A model generated the notes under the pieces. That model ran no database searches and was not told the origin of the DNA. It worked only from the letters and a program-made list of their open reading frames with translations. From NCBI GenBank assembly GCA_964016885.1, contig OZ024741.1:141050001-141114000 (forward strand): a stretch of 64,000 bases of DNA, in the 5' to 3' direction. Positions 24,017-36,886 of this stretch are shown here, one piece after another. The position numbers and the translations under genes are program-made. The stretch's first letter is position 1. The number at the start of each line of letters is the position of its first letter. The stretch comes from Eledone cirrhosa (Eukaryota).

Positions 24017-24203
24017 GGCGGTGGATTGGCAGTATCGGTAGAGGGTCGGACGCCATGCTTTCCAGCATAGTTACGTCCCTTTACGATCTGAGTTCAAATG
24101 CCGCCGAGGTTGACTTTGCCTTTCATCCTTACGGAGTCGATAAAATAAAGTACCAGTAATGCACTGGATATTTGCTGGCCTTGTGCCTAAAGTAGAAACA
24201 ATT

Positions 24204-24258
<55 letters not shown>
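24017..24258 (+). mobile_element. Full-length SINE family A with (ATT)n tail
   Basis: GGCGGTGGATTGGCAGTATCGG (box A), GAGTTCAAATGCC (box B), core GACTTTGCCTTTCATCCTTACGGAGTCGATAAAATAAAGTACCAG (resembles the Meta/MESC SINE domain from memory), 3' CCTTGTGCCTAAAGTAGAAACA. Confidence 0.93.
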
Positions 24259-24259
<1 letters not shown>

Positions 24260-27200
24260 TCTTTGAGTCTCAGTCATTGATGTTAGTCAACTGGAAAATT
24301 TGTTGAAATGAATATCAAGCTACTACCTGCAGCCTCAAATATTCAGGACGTATCGGAGGGTTCTTGCTGTTCCCAGCAAACATGCCTTTTGAAGCGTTCC
24401 AAAAAGCGTGAAGGGGCCAATTTTCTTTAACCATCCCTGGAAACATTTTGAGATAGTCCCTAGTGCGCTTATGACAATCGGGATCACTTTGACTTCATGG
24501 CAGTTCCAAATCCTTTTTACCTCCCACTTTAAGTCCTGGTATCGGTTAATTTTCACCCTCTCCTTCTCTTGCACTCTTGTGTCGAATGGGCAGGCCACGT
24601 CCACAATCAGGCACGATCTTTTTCTTTGTCCAAAACCACCAGGTCAGGTCTATTGTGTTCCAGTTTCTTGTCCGTCTGTATCCTAAAATCCCACAGCACC
24701 TTTACCTGATCGTTTTCTATCACCGCCTCTGGCTTATGCTCATACCACTTCTCAGAATGTGGTAAATTGTTTACTTTGCATAGGTGCCAGTGGATCACCC
24801 TGCCCATCACATCATGTCTCCAGCCCTTATAGTGAGTCTGGGATAGGTGTTTACACTCGGATACAATGTGAGCCACAGTCTCCCCTCTCTCTCTCCACAG
24901 ATCCTGCACAGTGGGCTAGCCTCCTCCTTGTAAATGTGGTGTTTCAACCACTTCGTTTTGAGGGCCTGCTCCTGCGCAGCCACTAACATTCCTTCTGTAG
25001 CCTTTTTAAGGTCTCCTCTTTTCAACCAGTTCCATGTCTGTGGATCTCTAAATTCAGTTCTCTCAAAGAAGGTACTATGAAGGGATTTTTCCTGAAGGCT
25101 GCTCTTTCTCCTTGATGTTATTTCCTCCTTGGACATCCCCTGGCCTTCAGTACAGTTCTGAGCATTGGCTCCTTACTATCAGTCACGTATTTGTGTAGGT
25201 TGTTTTTCACCATCTGAACACAGTCCTCTATGCTGATAAGACCTCTTCCACCCTCAGATCTCCTTAAGTAGAGTCTATCGACATCACTCCTCTTGTGGAA
25301 CATGTTGTAGACAGTCAATAGCTTCCTAGACTTCCTATCCATTTCTTTTTGTTCAGCAACATTCCATCTCAGAATTCCCCCACTGTACCTAATAATAGAC
25401 ACAGATCAAGAATTTACTGCACTTATGGCATTCCTACTGTTCAGATGCGACTTTAATACGCTCCTTACACTCCGAAGGTATTCAGTTTTATCAATTCCTT
25501 CATTTTTTTGTTCTTGATGTCATCAGCCTCCAGAACGCCCAAATACTTGTATCCTTCCTCAGAGTCAATTTCCTTTATCATCTCACCTGTTGGTATCTGG
25601 ATTCCGTTACTTCTGCTCAACTTACCCCCCTCATCACAATGACTCCACACTTACTAATACCAAATTACATACATATATCATTACTGAAAATACAGAGAGT
25701 GTCAACAAGCACATCCAATTCCTTCTCACTCTTCCCGAAGAGCTTAAGATCGTCCATGAAGAGGAGGTGATTGATGTTAAGCCCTCCCTTTCGCATACCC
25801 GTATCCTGCTCTCACTTTTCGCAGTACACTGGTCAGGGACATCATGGCAAGGACAAACAACAGAGGGGACAGACTATCTCCCTGGAAGATACCTCTCTTG
25901 ATCTTCACGCTTCCCAAGGATTCTCCAGTTGATGTTAACTCTGTTTCCCAGGATTTTCATACTTTTGCCCAACAACTGTCTGATGTTATCTGCCACCCTG
26001 AAGATCTCCAGGCCTTTGGTGATCCAAGAATGAGGCACCATGTCAAATGCCTTTTTGTAGTCTATCCATCCCATGTCAAGACCAGTGTGTCTCCTCCTGC
26101 AATTCCTCATTACCATCTTATCACTAAGTAACTGGTCCTTTGTACCACGTGACTTCTTTCGGCATCCTTTCTGTTCGTCCGGTAACAAGTTGTTTGTGTG
26201 GAGGTGATGGTAGATTTCCTCAGACATAATGCCTGTCAACAGTTTCCATATTACGGACAGACATGTGATAGGTCTATAGTTGGTTATATCATTACCCTTG
26301 ATTCGGTCTTTCATTACCAGAACTGTGGTACCTTTTGTCAACCACTCTGGTACCTCACCTGACATCAAGCAGTCATTGAACATGGTTGTCAGTTTCGGGT
26401 GGAGGGATGTTATATTTTTAATCCAATACCCCTGCACACCATCTGGGCCTGGAGATTTCCAGTTGGTTAGTTTATACGCCTGCCCATTAAGAGTTTCAAC
26501 TGTGATACTCAAATCAGTTTGTTGGCGTGCCTGTTCACTGATCTCCTTCTGTACTGTCTCAATCTACACTGCCTGGTCATTATGTTTAACATCCTGCTCC
26601 CATATTCCTCTCCAGAATGTCTTAGTTTGTTCCGCCTCAGGGATCAAGTCGTTGCCTCTTTCTTTCCCTTCAAGCTGTCCAAACAGCATCTTCTGGTTGT
26701 TGTCAAACATGCGGTTCTGTCTATACTGACTGACTCTGTTCTCGTATCGCCTGATTTTTGCACTCTTTACTACAATGCGTTGCTTCAGTTCCTCTATAAT
26801 AATATTTAGCTTTTTCCTCCTAGTTTTGTACTTTATTTCCAGTCTATTTTTAGTGTCTATGTTTTTTAGATTCCCATTCAGTAGGGACTCAAGCTTTCCA
26901 ATGTCATTTCTCATTTCCCTGATTTGACCATTCAGTCGTTTCTTCCACCAAGGCTCTGCTCTTTCTTGTCTGATCTTTCCTCTCGCTTTTATACCAAGTA
27001 GTTTCCTCACCGTATTTGCTGTTGCTTTGAGGATATTGTTGCACTGGTGAAGGCTCCTCGCCTCAAGGTATGGGATGACTTTGTTTACCTTAGCTGTTGT
27101 TTCTTTTAACTTTTTCCTGTCTACAAATCTTAGGTTCATAGGTCTCCCACTATCATTGTTCAATTCATTAACCACTATTTTAGGATATCAACCAAATCTT

Positions 27201-27737
27201 GTCCTAGCCCGTCAGCATTCATCTCCTCAGTGGCCTGTTCCAGGTACTATTTGTCTCAGCATTCAGATCATTGTCTGTTTCGGGTGGTTCCTCCGTTCTC
27301 TCGACCTCTTCACCTTCATTTCCACTGGCTCGTTTGCCTGGCATACTCCACCCTCCATCTCCAAGCTAATCTCTCTGCTCAGTTCCTCCAGTTCCAGCTC
27401 GCTTATCCACCCATTAGTTCTTATTACCCGAGCCTGCCCGGCCAATTTTTGTTCATCTAATTTAAATAGACCAATCTCGTTCCAGATGTTATGCATCCGT
27501 TTCCCATAGCCTTTCTCCTTGGGGTTACTCTTCAGGTAACATTGCATAACAGTTCTATTCAATTCTTTCGTCCAGTTGGTTCTGGTCCCTTTCCTTCTTC
27601 TTCTTCCTCCGACACCAGCAGTATTTGGTTGATAGCCAGGTCCCTGCTGCTGAGCCAGGGAGCACCTGTTGGGTGAGAGTCTGTCACATGACATTCTAGT
27701 CTCCATTTCACCGTTATTCGAACTGTTTAGGTTAGAC

Positions 27738-27739
<2 letters not shown>
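24259..27739 (-). mobile_element. R4/Dong-clade retrotransposon 2, full length, decayed, inside (TAA)n
   Basis: TNWTKELN..QCYLKS..GYGKRMHNIW; NWKSPGPDG, NYRPITCL, EQKGC, WIDYKKAFD, YKYLG, GGRGL, CRIC..ETVAHIVSEC, NRPDL, DVACP..K..RY; (TAA)n at both ends. Confidence 0.93.
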
Positions 27740-27773
<34 letters not shown>

Positions 27774-28576
27774 CATAATCATCATCATCATTATTATTAT
27801 TATAGCTTCGAATGTCACATATCAAACATTCAAGTAGGTTTAATAGGTGTAATGTTATTGTGGTTCATCCAGAACAGACACCTACATGTTTAGGACAGTA
27901 AGCTAACTTTATAGTGCGAACCCTCGGTTCCAAATAAGGTGATTTCAACTTATTAATTGTCAGGTTAACAAACCGAGTTTTTAACACTTATTCGATAGGC
28001 GTCACTACGAATATTATTAAATCTGCATTTCTACTAAGCTGTCCATTCCTGACGACGATAAACCGTGTGATATGTCATAAAACTGTGTGATATGTCATAA
28101 CACCGTATGATCTTCTCTACAACTTTTGTTTTCGACATTACCACACCGTTGCTACGCATCAAAGTTGCTTAGAAAATTATTTGTTGATCGCAGGATATAA
28201 TTATATATTTAAATTGATTAAACGACGTCAAGTTTCCAATTTCCTTTGGCTGTGTCACTTTCTGTATGTTGCTGGGATATTGTCTGTTTGATGTTCAAAG
28301 AATATCTAATCTTAATTTGGTATCCTTTGATTTAATTCCATCATCATAGAATGAAAGAATGTCTCTCTTGCTGAAATGCGATGAATGTTATAGGTAATAC
28401 AAGTTATCGTTATAGGTAATCCAAGTTATCGTAATAGGTAATCCAGTTAGAGATTGTGAGTATTCTGCGTCGTGGATAGTTTTAACGTACGGCTTTGTTT
28501 GACTCAACAAGTTGTTTCCATAGTTAGGCAGCGAGTTCGTGGGAATTCCTATGTTGGTTATACTTGGAGTAATAAT

Positions 28577-28689
28577 AGTAAAAGAATGAAGAGTAACATG
28601 TTTGGCTCAATGCGGTTGGTGCGGTTTCAGGGAAAGAGGCTGAAATAAAGCCCCTTCTTGTACAGCCTACCATGTTACACTTTATTCTT

Positions 28690-28695
<6 letters not shown>
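28577..28695. repeat. Short imperfect inverted repeat of a PLE terminus (related to 35702-35745)
   Basis: TAGTAAAAGAATGAAGAGTAACATGTTTGGCT versus AGCCTACCATGTTACACTTTATTCTTTCACTA, then (TA)n. Confidence 0.6.
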
Positions 28696-28759
<64 letters not shown>

Positions 28760-29551
28760 CGTGTGTGTGTGTGTGTCTGTGTGTGTGTATGTGTGTGTAT
28801 GTGTGTGTGTGTTATACTTGGGGAGGGTCATATAGTTGTAATAATATTGCCAGAAATAATAACAAAACACACTCACTGTTTGGTTCGTTTTCGCTTCTGT
28901 ATCTTTTACATCTCCATAGTTAATTCATTTGGACCTCAATGTTTATCGTTGACTGATATAATATAGATATAACACATATATATAGTCTTTCGTTATATGT
29001 TCTTTCGTTGCACATCTGCAACATCATCAGTGGTACTATTATGTTCCTCCTCTTGTATTGTATGTCTACACCATTTTTACTTTATCTGTTTATTTATTTA
29101 TTTTTGTCTTCTGCTCTGCGCATGCGTTTGCGCGTGTGTATAGTGTTTGGTGTGTGTTCGCGTTGGGGTGACTGTATTTTGGTTATTGTATTCTATCTTA
29201 GTTTACTATTGTGTGTTTATATGTGTTTGTTGTTATTGTGCTTGTGTATATATATATTTATTTATTTATTTATATTTCTCTTAAGTCAGTATTGTTTGTT
29301 TGGGTGTTGTTGTTATTCCATTCATTTTTTTCTGTTTAGCTTTGGCTTTCTAAGCTCTATTTCGCTTGCCTCTCTGATTTGCCTATCTGGTGGGTCATTT
29401 CTATGTTTAGATATTATTTTAATTTCTATGTTGTGTATGTTACCGTCATGTTGTTGTCTGGCGTGTTCGTTCAACCCTCGTAATATTAGACACACAATTT
29501 ACTGTGTTTATTACTGCATATATTATATATATATATATATCTCTCTTCATA

Positions 29552-29630
<79 letters not shown>

Positions 29631-29671
29631 CGAAACATAAGTCAATTGCATGAACTCATAATCCTTTATTT

Positions 29672-29727
29672 ACTGCTATATATATTTCGATGATAGCCAT
29701 TGAATGGCTATGACCTCATCAGGCAGT
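29672..29727 (-). ncRNA. Type I hammerhead ribozyme, intact core, long stem II
   Basis: ACUGC-CUGAUGA-GGU-c-AUAGCCAU-uca-AUGGCUAU-c-AUC-GAAA-UAUAUA-UA-GCAGU. Confidence 0.88.
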
Positions 29728-30010
29728 TAGTCAGTTCTTAGATATGCCAGCTCTGTGTTTAAAGTATTGATGGTATCAGAGCCTTGGGACATATATATAT
29801 ATGTGTGTGTGTGTGTGTGTTTGTGTGTATGATGTGGAAGGAGGGTTGTTTGCAGTTGGACTTGCTTGATGCAATGCAATAAGATATACCAACCAGTACT
29901 GACTGATTCTTCCTGCGTTTGCTCTATGGCATATTGATACAAGTTGTTTAATAATTGACATATCTGTCAATTATTGGTTTGATGCTTTATTTTGGAAAAA
30001 GGAAAGAAAG

Positions 30011-30043
30011 TTCGGCGTGTCGGGCTGAAGGCCGTCTTCAGAA
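30011..30043 (-). ncRNA. Degenerate minimal hammerhead
   Basis: UU-CUGAAGA-C-GGC-cuuca-GCC-C-GACA (for GAAA)-CGCCG-AA. Confidence 0.45.
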
Positions 30044-30218
30044 CACTAAAGAGAGGATCACAATGGGGAAACAGAAAGAAGGTCCAGTAAAGATACATAA
30101 AAAAAAGCGAAAATGAAGAGAGAAAACAAGAAAGCCGTTAGGTAGTCCTTCTAACGAGTAGGAACACATAGTGGAGTGTGTGTGTGTATTAGAATCACTA
30201 TATGAGTGAGTGTAAGTG

Positions 30219-30253
<35 letters not shown>

Positions 30254-30257
<4 letters not shown>

Positions 30258-30965
30258 AATGTAATCTGAGTTTTCGAATGATAATAATAATATTCGATTC
30301 GTTTTCAATTATGCAAACAGCCTCTTTAAGTCATGTCAGTAGAATGACTCCATCATTCTTGCTTTTGTCTTGGCATATAAACAGAACGACAGACACTAAT
30401 GTTTCTGGGCGATTACCCTTTATCAGTACCGTATACAGTTTACCTGCCAACTATCAGAGCTATTGGAAATATATGATATTTTTTTAAATACAGTGACTGT
30501 ATTGCATATAGTCACTGTATATTTGCATATTAGCCTGATTTGCATATTTTCGACAGCTGATCAGTCAGATCTGCATATTAGCAAATCCACTGAGCAGCCA
30601 GATTTGCATATCAGCAGATAGGCCAGCTAGTTTCATGTATACGAGAGAATAATTGCCTGTTTTACCATATGGCTGAATACAGTAAATGTTTTCCGAATAT
30701 TAATAATTGTTTCTACTTTTGGCACATGGCCAGCAATTATCCCAGTACATTACTGGTAGTTTATTTTATCGACCCTGTAAGGATGAAAGGCAAAGTTAAC
30801 CTCGGCAGGATTTGAACTGAGACCATAAAGGGTCGGAACTCTTTGCTGCAAAGCATGGCGTCCGACCCTCTACCGATACTGCTCTGCAATTATGCAAACG
30901 GCTTAAAAGCCATGTCAGTGAATGACCCCGTTATTCTTGCACTTATGTTGGCATATAAACAGATA
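30254..30965 (-). mobile_element. Non-coding ~430-bp hammerhead-bearing element (retrozyme/PLE-derivative-like), partial tandem split by a SINE
   Basis: Reverse complement of 36885-37299; terminal part repeated at 30680-30705 plus 30887-30963; hammerhead at 30387-30431 with CUGAUAA. Confidence 0.8.
30708..30882 (-). mobile_element. SINE family A
   Basis: Matches the family in reverse complement. Confidence 0.92.
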
Positions 30966-30971
30966 TATATT

Positions 30972-31040
<69 letters not shown>

Positions 31041-31421
31041 CTGTGTGTGTGTTTTCATGTGCACAGCGACTTCGAGTTCTTTTTATTCAGTCAACGGAAC
31101 TGCCTGCTTGTGAAGTTAACGCAGGTGTGCGTGAGTATTCCAAAGAGACTTGTGCCATCAATACAATTCTCAGGCATATTGTGCCTGATACAATGCATGA
31201 CATGGCTGGTTTATTTGAATTACTGCTACAATTCATCTTTGCTAGATGAGTGGCCTCGAGCAACTGCAAATTAAACATCTTGCTAAAAAGACACACATGA
31301 CCTTTCAATAGTGAGAATACCCACTTAACCACTAAGCTATTTATATTCGCCCACACCCAACACACACACACAGACTGACTCAAACACATACGCATAATAC
31401 ATGTGCATATATATACATATA

Positions 31422-31492
<71 letters not shown>

Positions 31493-32953
31493 GGAGGGTG
31501 AGTGAATGTGTGTAAGCATGTATTGTGTGATTGTGGGTAATGATGGACGATTTAATGCTTCGCTTCGGAAGCCAACGGCCATGTTAGTGGATTTTATAGT
31601 TTTCGTATCCGAAACTTATTTTATGCAGAATATTCCTGGATCTCTTTCTCAATTTTATATCCTTACTTTTATTAAGTAAGGGAATTTCGTTTTTGATTTA
31701 ATAGCAAAACAACAAATTTATATGAGGTATGATAGAATATATATAGCATACCATAACAAATGTCGCCAAAAAATATACATAGTAAAATTAAGTAAAAATG
31801 TATCAGCTCAGCAAATCCACAAATCGCAACACCCAAGACGTATTAAATGTTTCGCTAGAAACTAGCTTTTATTTAGTATAATAAAAACATCATAAAATCC
31901 CATTCGACATGTCAGTAAAATGCTGTATTATTCACCCCTGAAAAGCAGATGGATTCTGGCAATAGTCTTAGAATTTGTAAGAACAAAAACAAATATCCTC
32001 GCATTTGAATCTATGCTGAAGCGTCAGAATCAGTTAACAAGTCGTTTCATAGTCTCTGTAAACTAAGGTAAATGTGTGTCTAAGTCAATAGGCGTCCATA
32101 TGCCACGAATTACCACTAAACACCATTTAAATAGTTATACATAAATTTCATTTTTCATGCTGACCAGACGTTTATAGTTAATATGATAGGAATTACATTG
32201 ACTGCCATCGTTTTAACGATGCATGTTCCAGTTGTTTAATCAACCCAACAGCTTCCTCGTTAAATTAACGTGCAGGTGACACGTACAACAAACACATGTA
32301 ATTTAACGTAAATCTGAAGGAGATTCAAGTCTAGTTGAATAGTTTCTGAATACTTTCTGCCTACCCAATTTCACAATTAGGGCCGTGCCCGACCGATGGT
32401 GTGAGAAATAACATTAGTTTATGATACAATGATATAGACATTTCTAGTGGTGGTATTATTATGGGGATAAATACACGAATGTCAGTCCTCTTATTTTGAT
32501 TAATGAAAAGAGCCGTAACCACCCGGAAACTGATTATACGCACACTCCCATACCGTATGTATTCATAAAAACGTTGAATTATTTCATCTATTGTTTTAAA
32601 TTATGTTCAAGGAGTGGGACCAAGTAGTGGGACCAAGCATTTTAACAAATGTTTACAAGGAGGAATCTTCAACAAACAAACATCCGTAAAATAAGCCTTC
32701 GAAATATTCCTCGCCGCCTTAACATCATTATTTGATGATTACGGAATAAATATGTACTGCATTAGAAAACATGTGTAGATTATAAAACATTTTATTTCGA
32801 CCGAGAAAGTTTATTCTTGACAGATATATCGTTTATAAATTAATAGTTAAAAACCTGCATTAATTCCTGACAAACCTGATACATGTGTTCGGGTATGTTT
32901 ATATATACGTATGCTTATATATAAATGCATATGTATGCATGTATGTATGTATT

Positions 32954-33050
<97 letters not shown>

Positions 33051-35289
33051 TCGGAAGTAAGAAATTATTAGGAAATGTGTATCGTTTGATTTTAACACAT
33101 AACAAAATTTAAGTACCTATTGATCGCTTTTTCATATTTTTTATTAGCTGTGAAAATAATCCATGTATAAATAGATTAATGCTGCTGACTCCTTTTAAAG
33201 TGATTGAGAAATATTTTCGTTTATGTTATCTATAGTACATAAATGTGTAAAAGCGCTTTATTGAATAGATGGTACATTTAACCTCTGTCATACATATGCC
33301 ATTTATCTGGTGTTAAAGCAATAAATTGGCTCTAGAATAAGTGTGCCGCTTTCTACTATTTATTTACTTCAAAAGAAAATTCACTATCGTATAAAAGTTG
33401 TGAATTACCCAGCAGATTTGATGTCTCTCTGTACCAATTTTGAGTATTAAAATGCATTTTAATTCAATATATACATCGGATTTAGTCTCGTAATTGGGGA
33501 ATTGGGGAATCTCGTATTGAATTATTTCTGACTGCATTCAATTACGAAGCCCTGTAGTAGAGTAGCTTTTTTATTTATTATCTTCTTATTATATATCTCG
33601 AGACTTATATTCACATCCTCTTCTAATATTCTATAATCCGGCTTTGAATTGGTACACAATATCCATGGCTAAAATGGTTGGCACAAGAAATTGCAACACG
33701 CCGCAAATACTTCGATCAAAAAGGTGTACACGATGTCAATGTGGTCTGTCATAAGGCCCGCAAGGCTACCCCTTGAACTAGGTGGAGAACTGGTCTTAAA
33801 ACTATTGTATCCATATTCTCTTCAAATCACCTTGCCGAGGGACGTCAGTATATCAAGGTGTTCTTTACAGTGTTCTTTATAGTTTCTTCTAGTGTTTTTT
33901 AGTTTAGTTAAAATGCCATCTATTGACAAACTGTAAAACCTAAGATAAAATAATTCAGTATCACATACGGATGTACGCGTAGAATAATGTATTTACTCCA
34001 AATTATTATAATCTGTATTTCTTCAGTTCCCTTCTTTCGTGTGTTAAACCCCAAAACGATTGAATTGATCCTGGAAAATTACAGGAAAGAAAACACGTAA
34101 AGTTGAACAGATTAGAACTTCACCCTGTGTGATGTAGAATTAAATACTATAATACATTAGACAATCACAGATGCTACACAGTCTACATATAATAGGCTTT
34201 ACGATATCTAACGGTCTTTAATAGAGCGGCAGATTGTCAGAGTCGTTAGAATGCTGGTTAAAATTATGAGGATTTAGTCTTCATCTATTTCTCTTCCTTA
34301 CTTTCTTACTCTCTCTTCTTTTCTGGTAGAAATCTGCCAGCGTTTAATGCCATCCTCTCTTTCATCCTTTCCTTTTCTCTCTCCTCTTAGAACAGATGGA
34401 CTGTGGTCAAATATGGTAAGATATAGGCAGCGTCAGCCTTAGAATTCTGAAAACACGCTATGTATGGGCGGAAATATATCTCATGGAGACGACACAGGAA
34501 ATATTACCAAAAATTGCCTTCCAAACACGATCCTTTGTTTACATAGCCTGAATATACTTCAGCTGCTGAATCTGTCAATAAGCATAAAAGTTATCTAACT
34601 TAAATTATTGCTCATATATAGTCATGATGATCTATATACATCATCCTAAGGAAGGCTATGCAATTTATTAACAAAACGTTACTCCTAAATAAGTGCCAAT
34701 TTCTATGTCAATTATTATTTTTTACCTCTCTAATATTCCAGTACATAATCGGAAAGGTTGCAACGCATTTCTGACCATTGAGCCCTAGACAAAATGAACC
34801 AAGAGCTTTTCATGTATCATAGCACGTTACGAAAATATGTTTTCTTTGATAGCCAGGGCAAAATATGTTTATTGTATAAACCATATAGCATATGCTTTCA
34901 TATGTAGCCCTATTATGCTTAAACGCTGTCTTAGTGTTACTTCCCATATATTATAACACTATATATATGAATAAGCATGTCAAGTGGTTTCTTTTATTTG
35001 CTATATGGCAATGAGAATTCTAGCAAATTTTCATTTGCATCACAAAAAATATATTAGACTCTAGTATATTTCCATCTCAGTAGCGGTTAAGTGAATGTCA
35101 TTCACGTAAGATTAACGAATCTTGAAACAGTGATGTCTGGCATTTAGGTCTGCTACTTACACTCATTGATATATTAAGAGAGAACATTATTTTTTCGTTA
35201 ATAAAAATATATTTACTCTTTAATAGCCAGGTTAACAATATGTTTATTTTATGTAAACCTTTAGCACATGCCTTCAAATGCACCTCTAT

Positions 35290-35632
35290 TATATATAATA
35301 GAAAAAGAAACGAGGAAGCTTCGTTTACATATAAAAGAGATTTATTATGTATCGACCTGTTACGCGGGTTTCCCAGAGGATTGGCTCAAGGTGACCCATA
35401 GGAGTTATGGACCCGACTCCACTATCGAGCTGCCTCTCAGACTGGCCATGTGACACAAATATATATTTTTGTGACCTTGAGCCAATCCACAAAAAAATGT
35501 TTTGTCACATATCCAGTCTGAGGGGTAGATCAATAGTGTAGTCGGGTTCATATCTCCTATGGGTGGCCTTAGGCCAATCCTCTCCGAAACGCACTTAACA
35601 GATTGACTATTCGATTGTTTTCTATTATATAC
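35290..35632. mobile_element. Diverged foldback element with degenerate long-stem-II hammerhead-like motifs in both arms
   Basis: Arms ~35357-35455 and ~35503-35600; each reads CCAGT-CTGAGRG..~60 nt..GAAAC-N4-KTA-ACAG; outer ends TATAATAGAAAA/TTTTCTATTATA. Confidence 0.6.
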
Positions 35633-35701
35633 ACCCCTGTGCATAGAATGCTTGATTTGGTACCTACACTAGTATTTCACTAAACCACCTACACTATATA
35701 T

Positions 35702-36845
35702 ATAGTGAAAGATTGAAGAGTAACATGTTCGGCTGTACAAAAAGGTTTTATTTATAGTATTAACAATTGTTTCATTGATCAGGTGAGTGTAAAGGCCGCT
35801 AATCGCACGAAGTTGTGTCACTCGACTATAAATACAGTGTTTACCTAAAAAAAGATGGTACGTTCACAGACACTCATAGAGTGTCTATGAAGAACCGTCT
35901 ACTAGAGAACTCAACAACGCTGGCCAATAAAATCTGGTAGCTTAAGGACACAAACCAGGAATATGGGATTAGCTGGTCGAAATTATCGGGAGCAAGGGCC
36001 TAAAACAATGGAATGTCCCACTGCGGACTTTGCAATATGGAACTGTTCCATATTTGAAAGTATGATAAAATGCTGCTTAACAGCAAAATAGAACAATCAA
36101 TTTTCTGTAGGCACAAAGCAGCTACCAAGTTCGCAAATTTCAAACCAACATGATTCGATCCAGCAATCTCAGAATTCAAGCAGAACCAACCGGAATTTAA
36201 TGTACTGACTACATACCACCCCACTGTTATTAGCTGTTAACTGACCAACTGGTCACTAAATCAACATCATAAATCTCATAAGCTTTCTTTCACTCTCTCT
36301 CCCTAAAGCCACACCATCCCCATTAAGATAAGATAATGACCCTGCCAGACATTTACCACACGTATCATCGTATCGCCACCCCCACTCTCTGTCTCTCTTC
36401 CCTCTCATTTAAGTTTTCTTTCATTTGTTACTATTTGTTATTTTCTACTCTAACCCTCTGAGATTTGACCACTACATATGTATGTGTTTAATGTTTTGTT
36501 TCATGTTAGTATTATCTCTACCCTCACCACGTCTTTACACATACACTTACTCCCACTGTAACTTTAATCACCACCACCACCACTATTATCAGTAATCGTA
36601 TTCTGTACTTATTAATTTTTTACTTATTTTTTACATCTTTATCATCTTCATTCTAACTTCTTTACTTCTTTATTATTATCTTTTATTATTGATGTTATTG
36701 TTTTGATTCTTCGTTGTATCTATAAATACCAATGCCATATGTAAAACCTCCAGTGTTCCGATGATTTGATCAGAGGTAAACACTGTATTTAAGGTCGGGT
36801 AACGCAACTTCGAGTGATTAGCAGCCTTTAGACTCACCTGATGAG
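35702..36845 (+). mobile_element. 5'-truncated PLE (Hydra-clade-like) with inverted 5' pLTR; absent from the ORF track
   Basis: Manual translation ~35856-36153: HRVSMKNRLLENSTTLANKIW*LKDTNQEYGISW..CGLCNMELFHI*..LLNSKIEQSIFCRHK. 35775-35846 is inverted at 36774-36845; the right end stops at CACCTGATGAG then (TA)n. Confidence 0.82.
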
Positions 36846-36847
36846 TA

Positions 36848-36884
<37 letters not shown>

Positions 36885-36886
<2 letters not shown>

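Noticed and set aside
28049-28110. CTGACGA hammerhead-like start and short tandem repeat GTGTGATATGTCATAA
   Set aside because: No GAAA or stems; only two to three repeat units.
28390-28447. Three ~21-bp repeats (TATAGGTAATCCAAGTTATCG-like) as a CRISPR array
   Set aside because: Contiguous minisatellite without spacers; eukaryotic context, no cas genes.
29008-29640. 210-aa Cys/Leu/Tyr-rich ORF
   Set aside because: Arises from TG-rich low-complexity sequence ending in (TA)n; no domain motifs.
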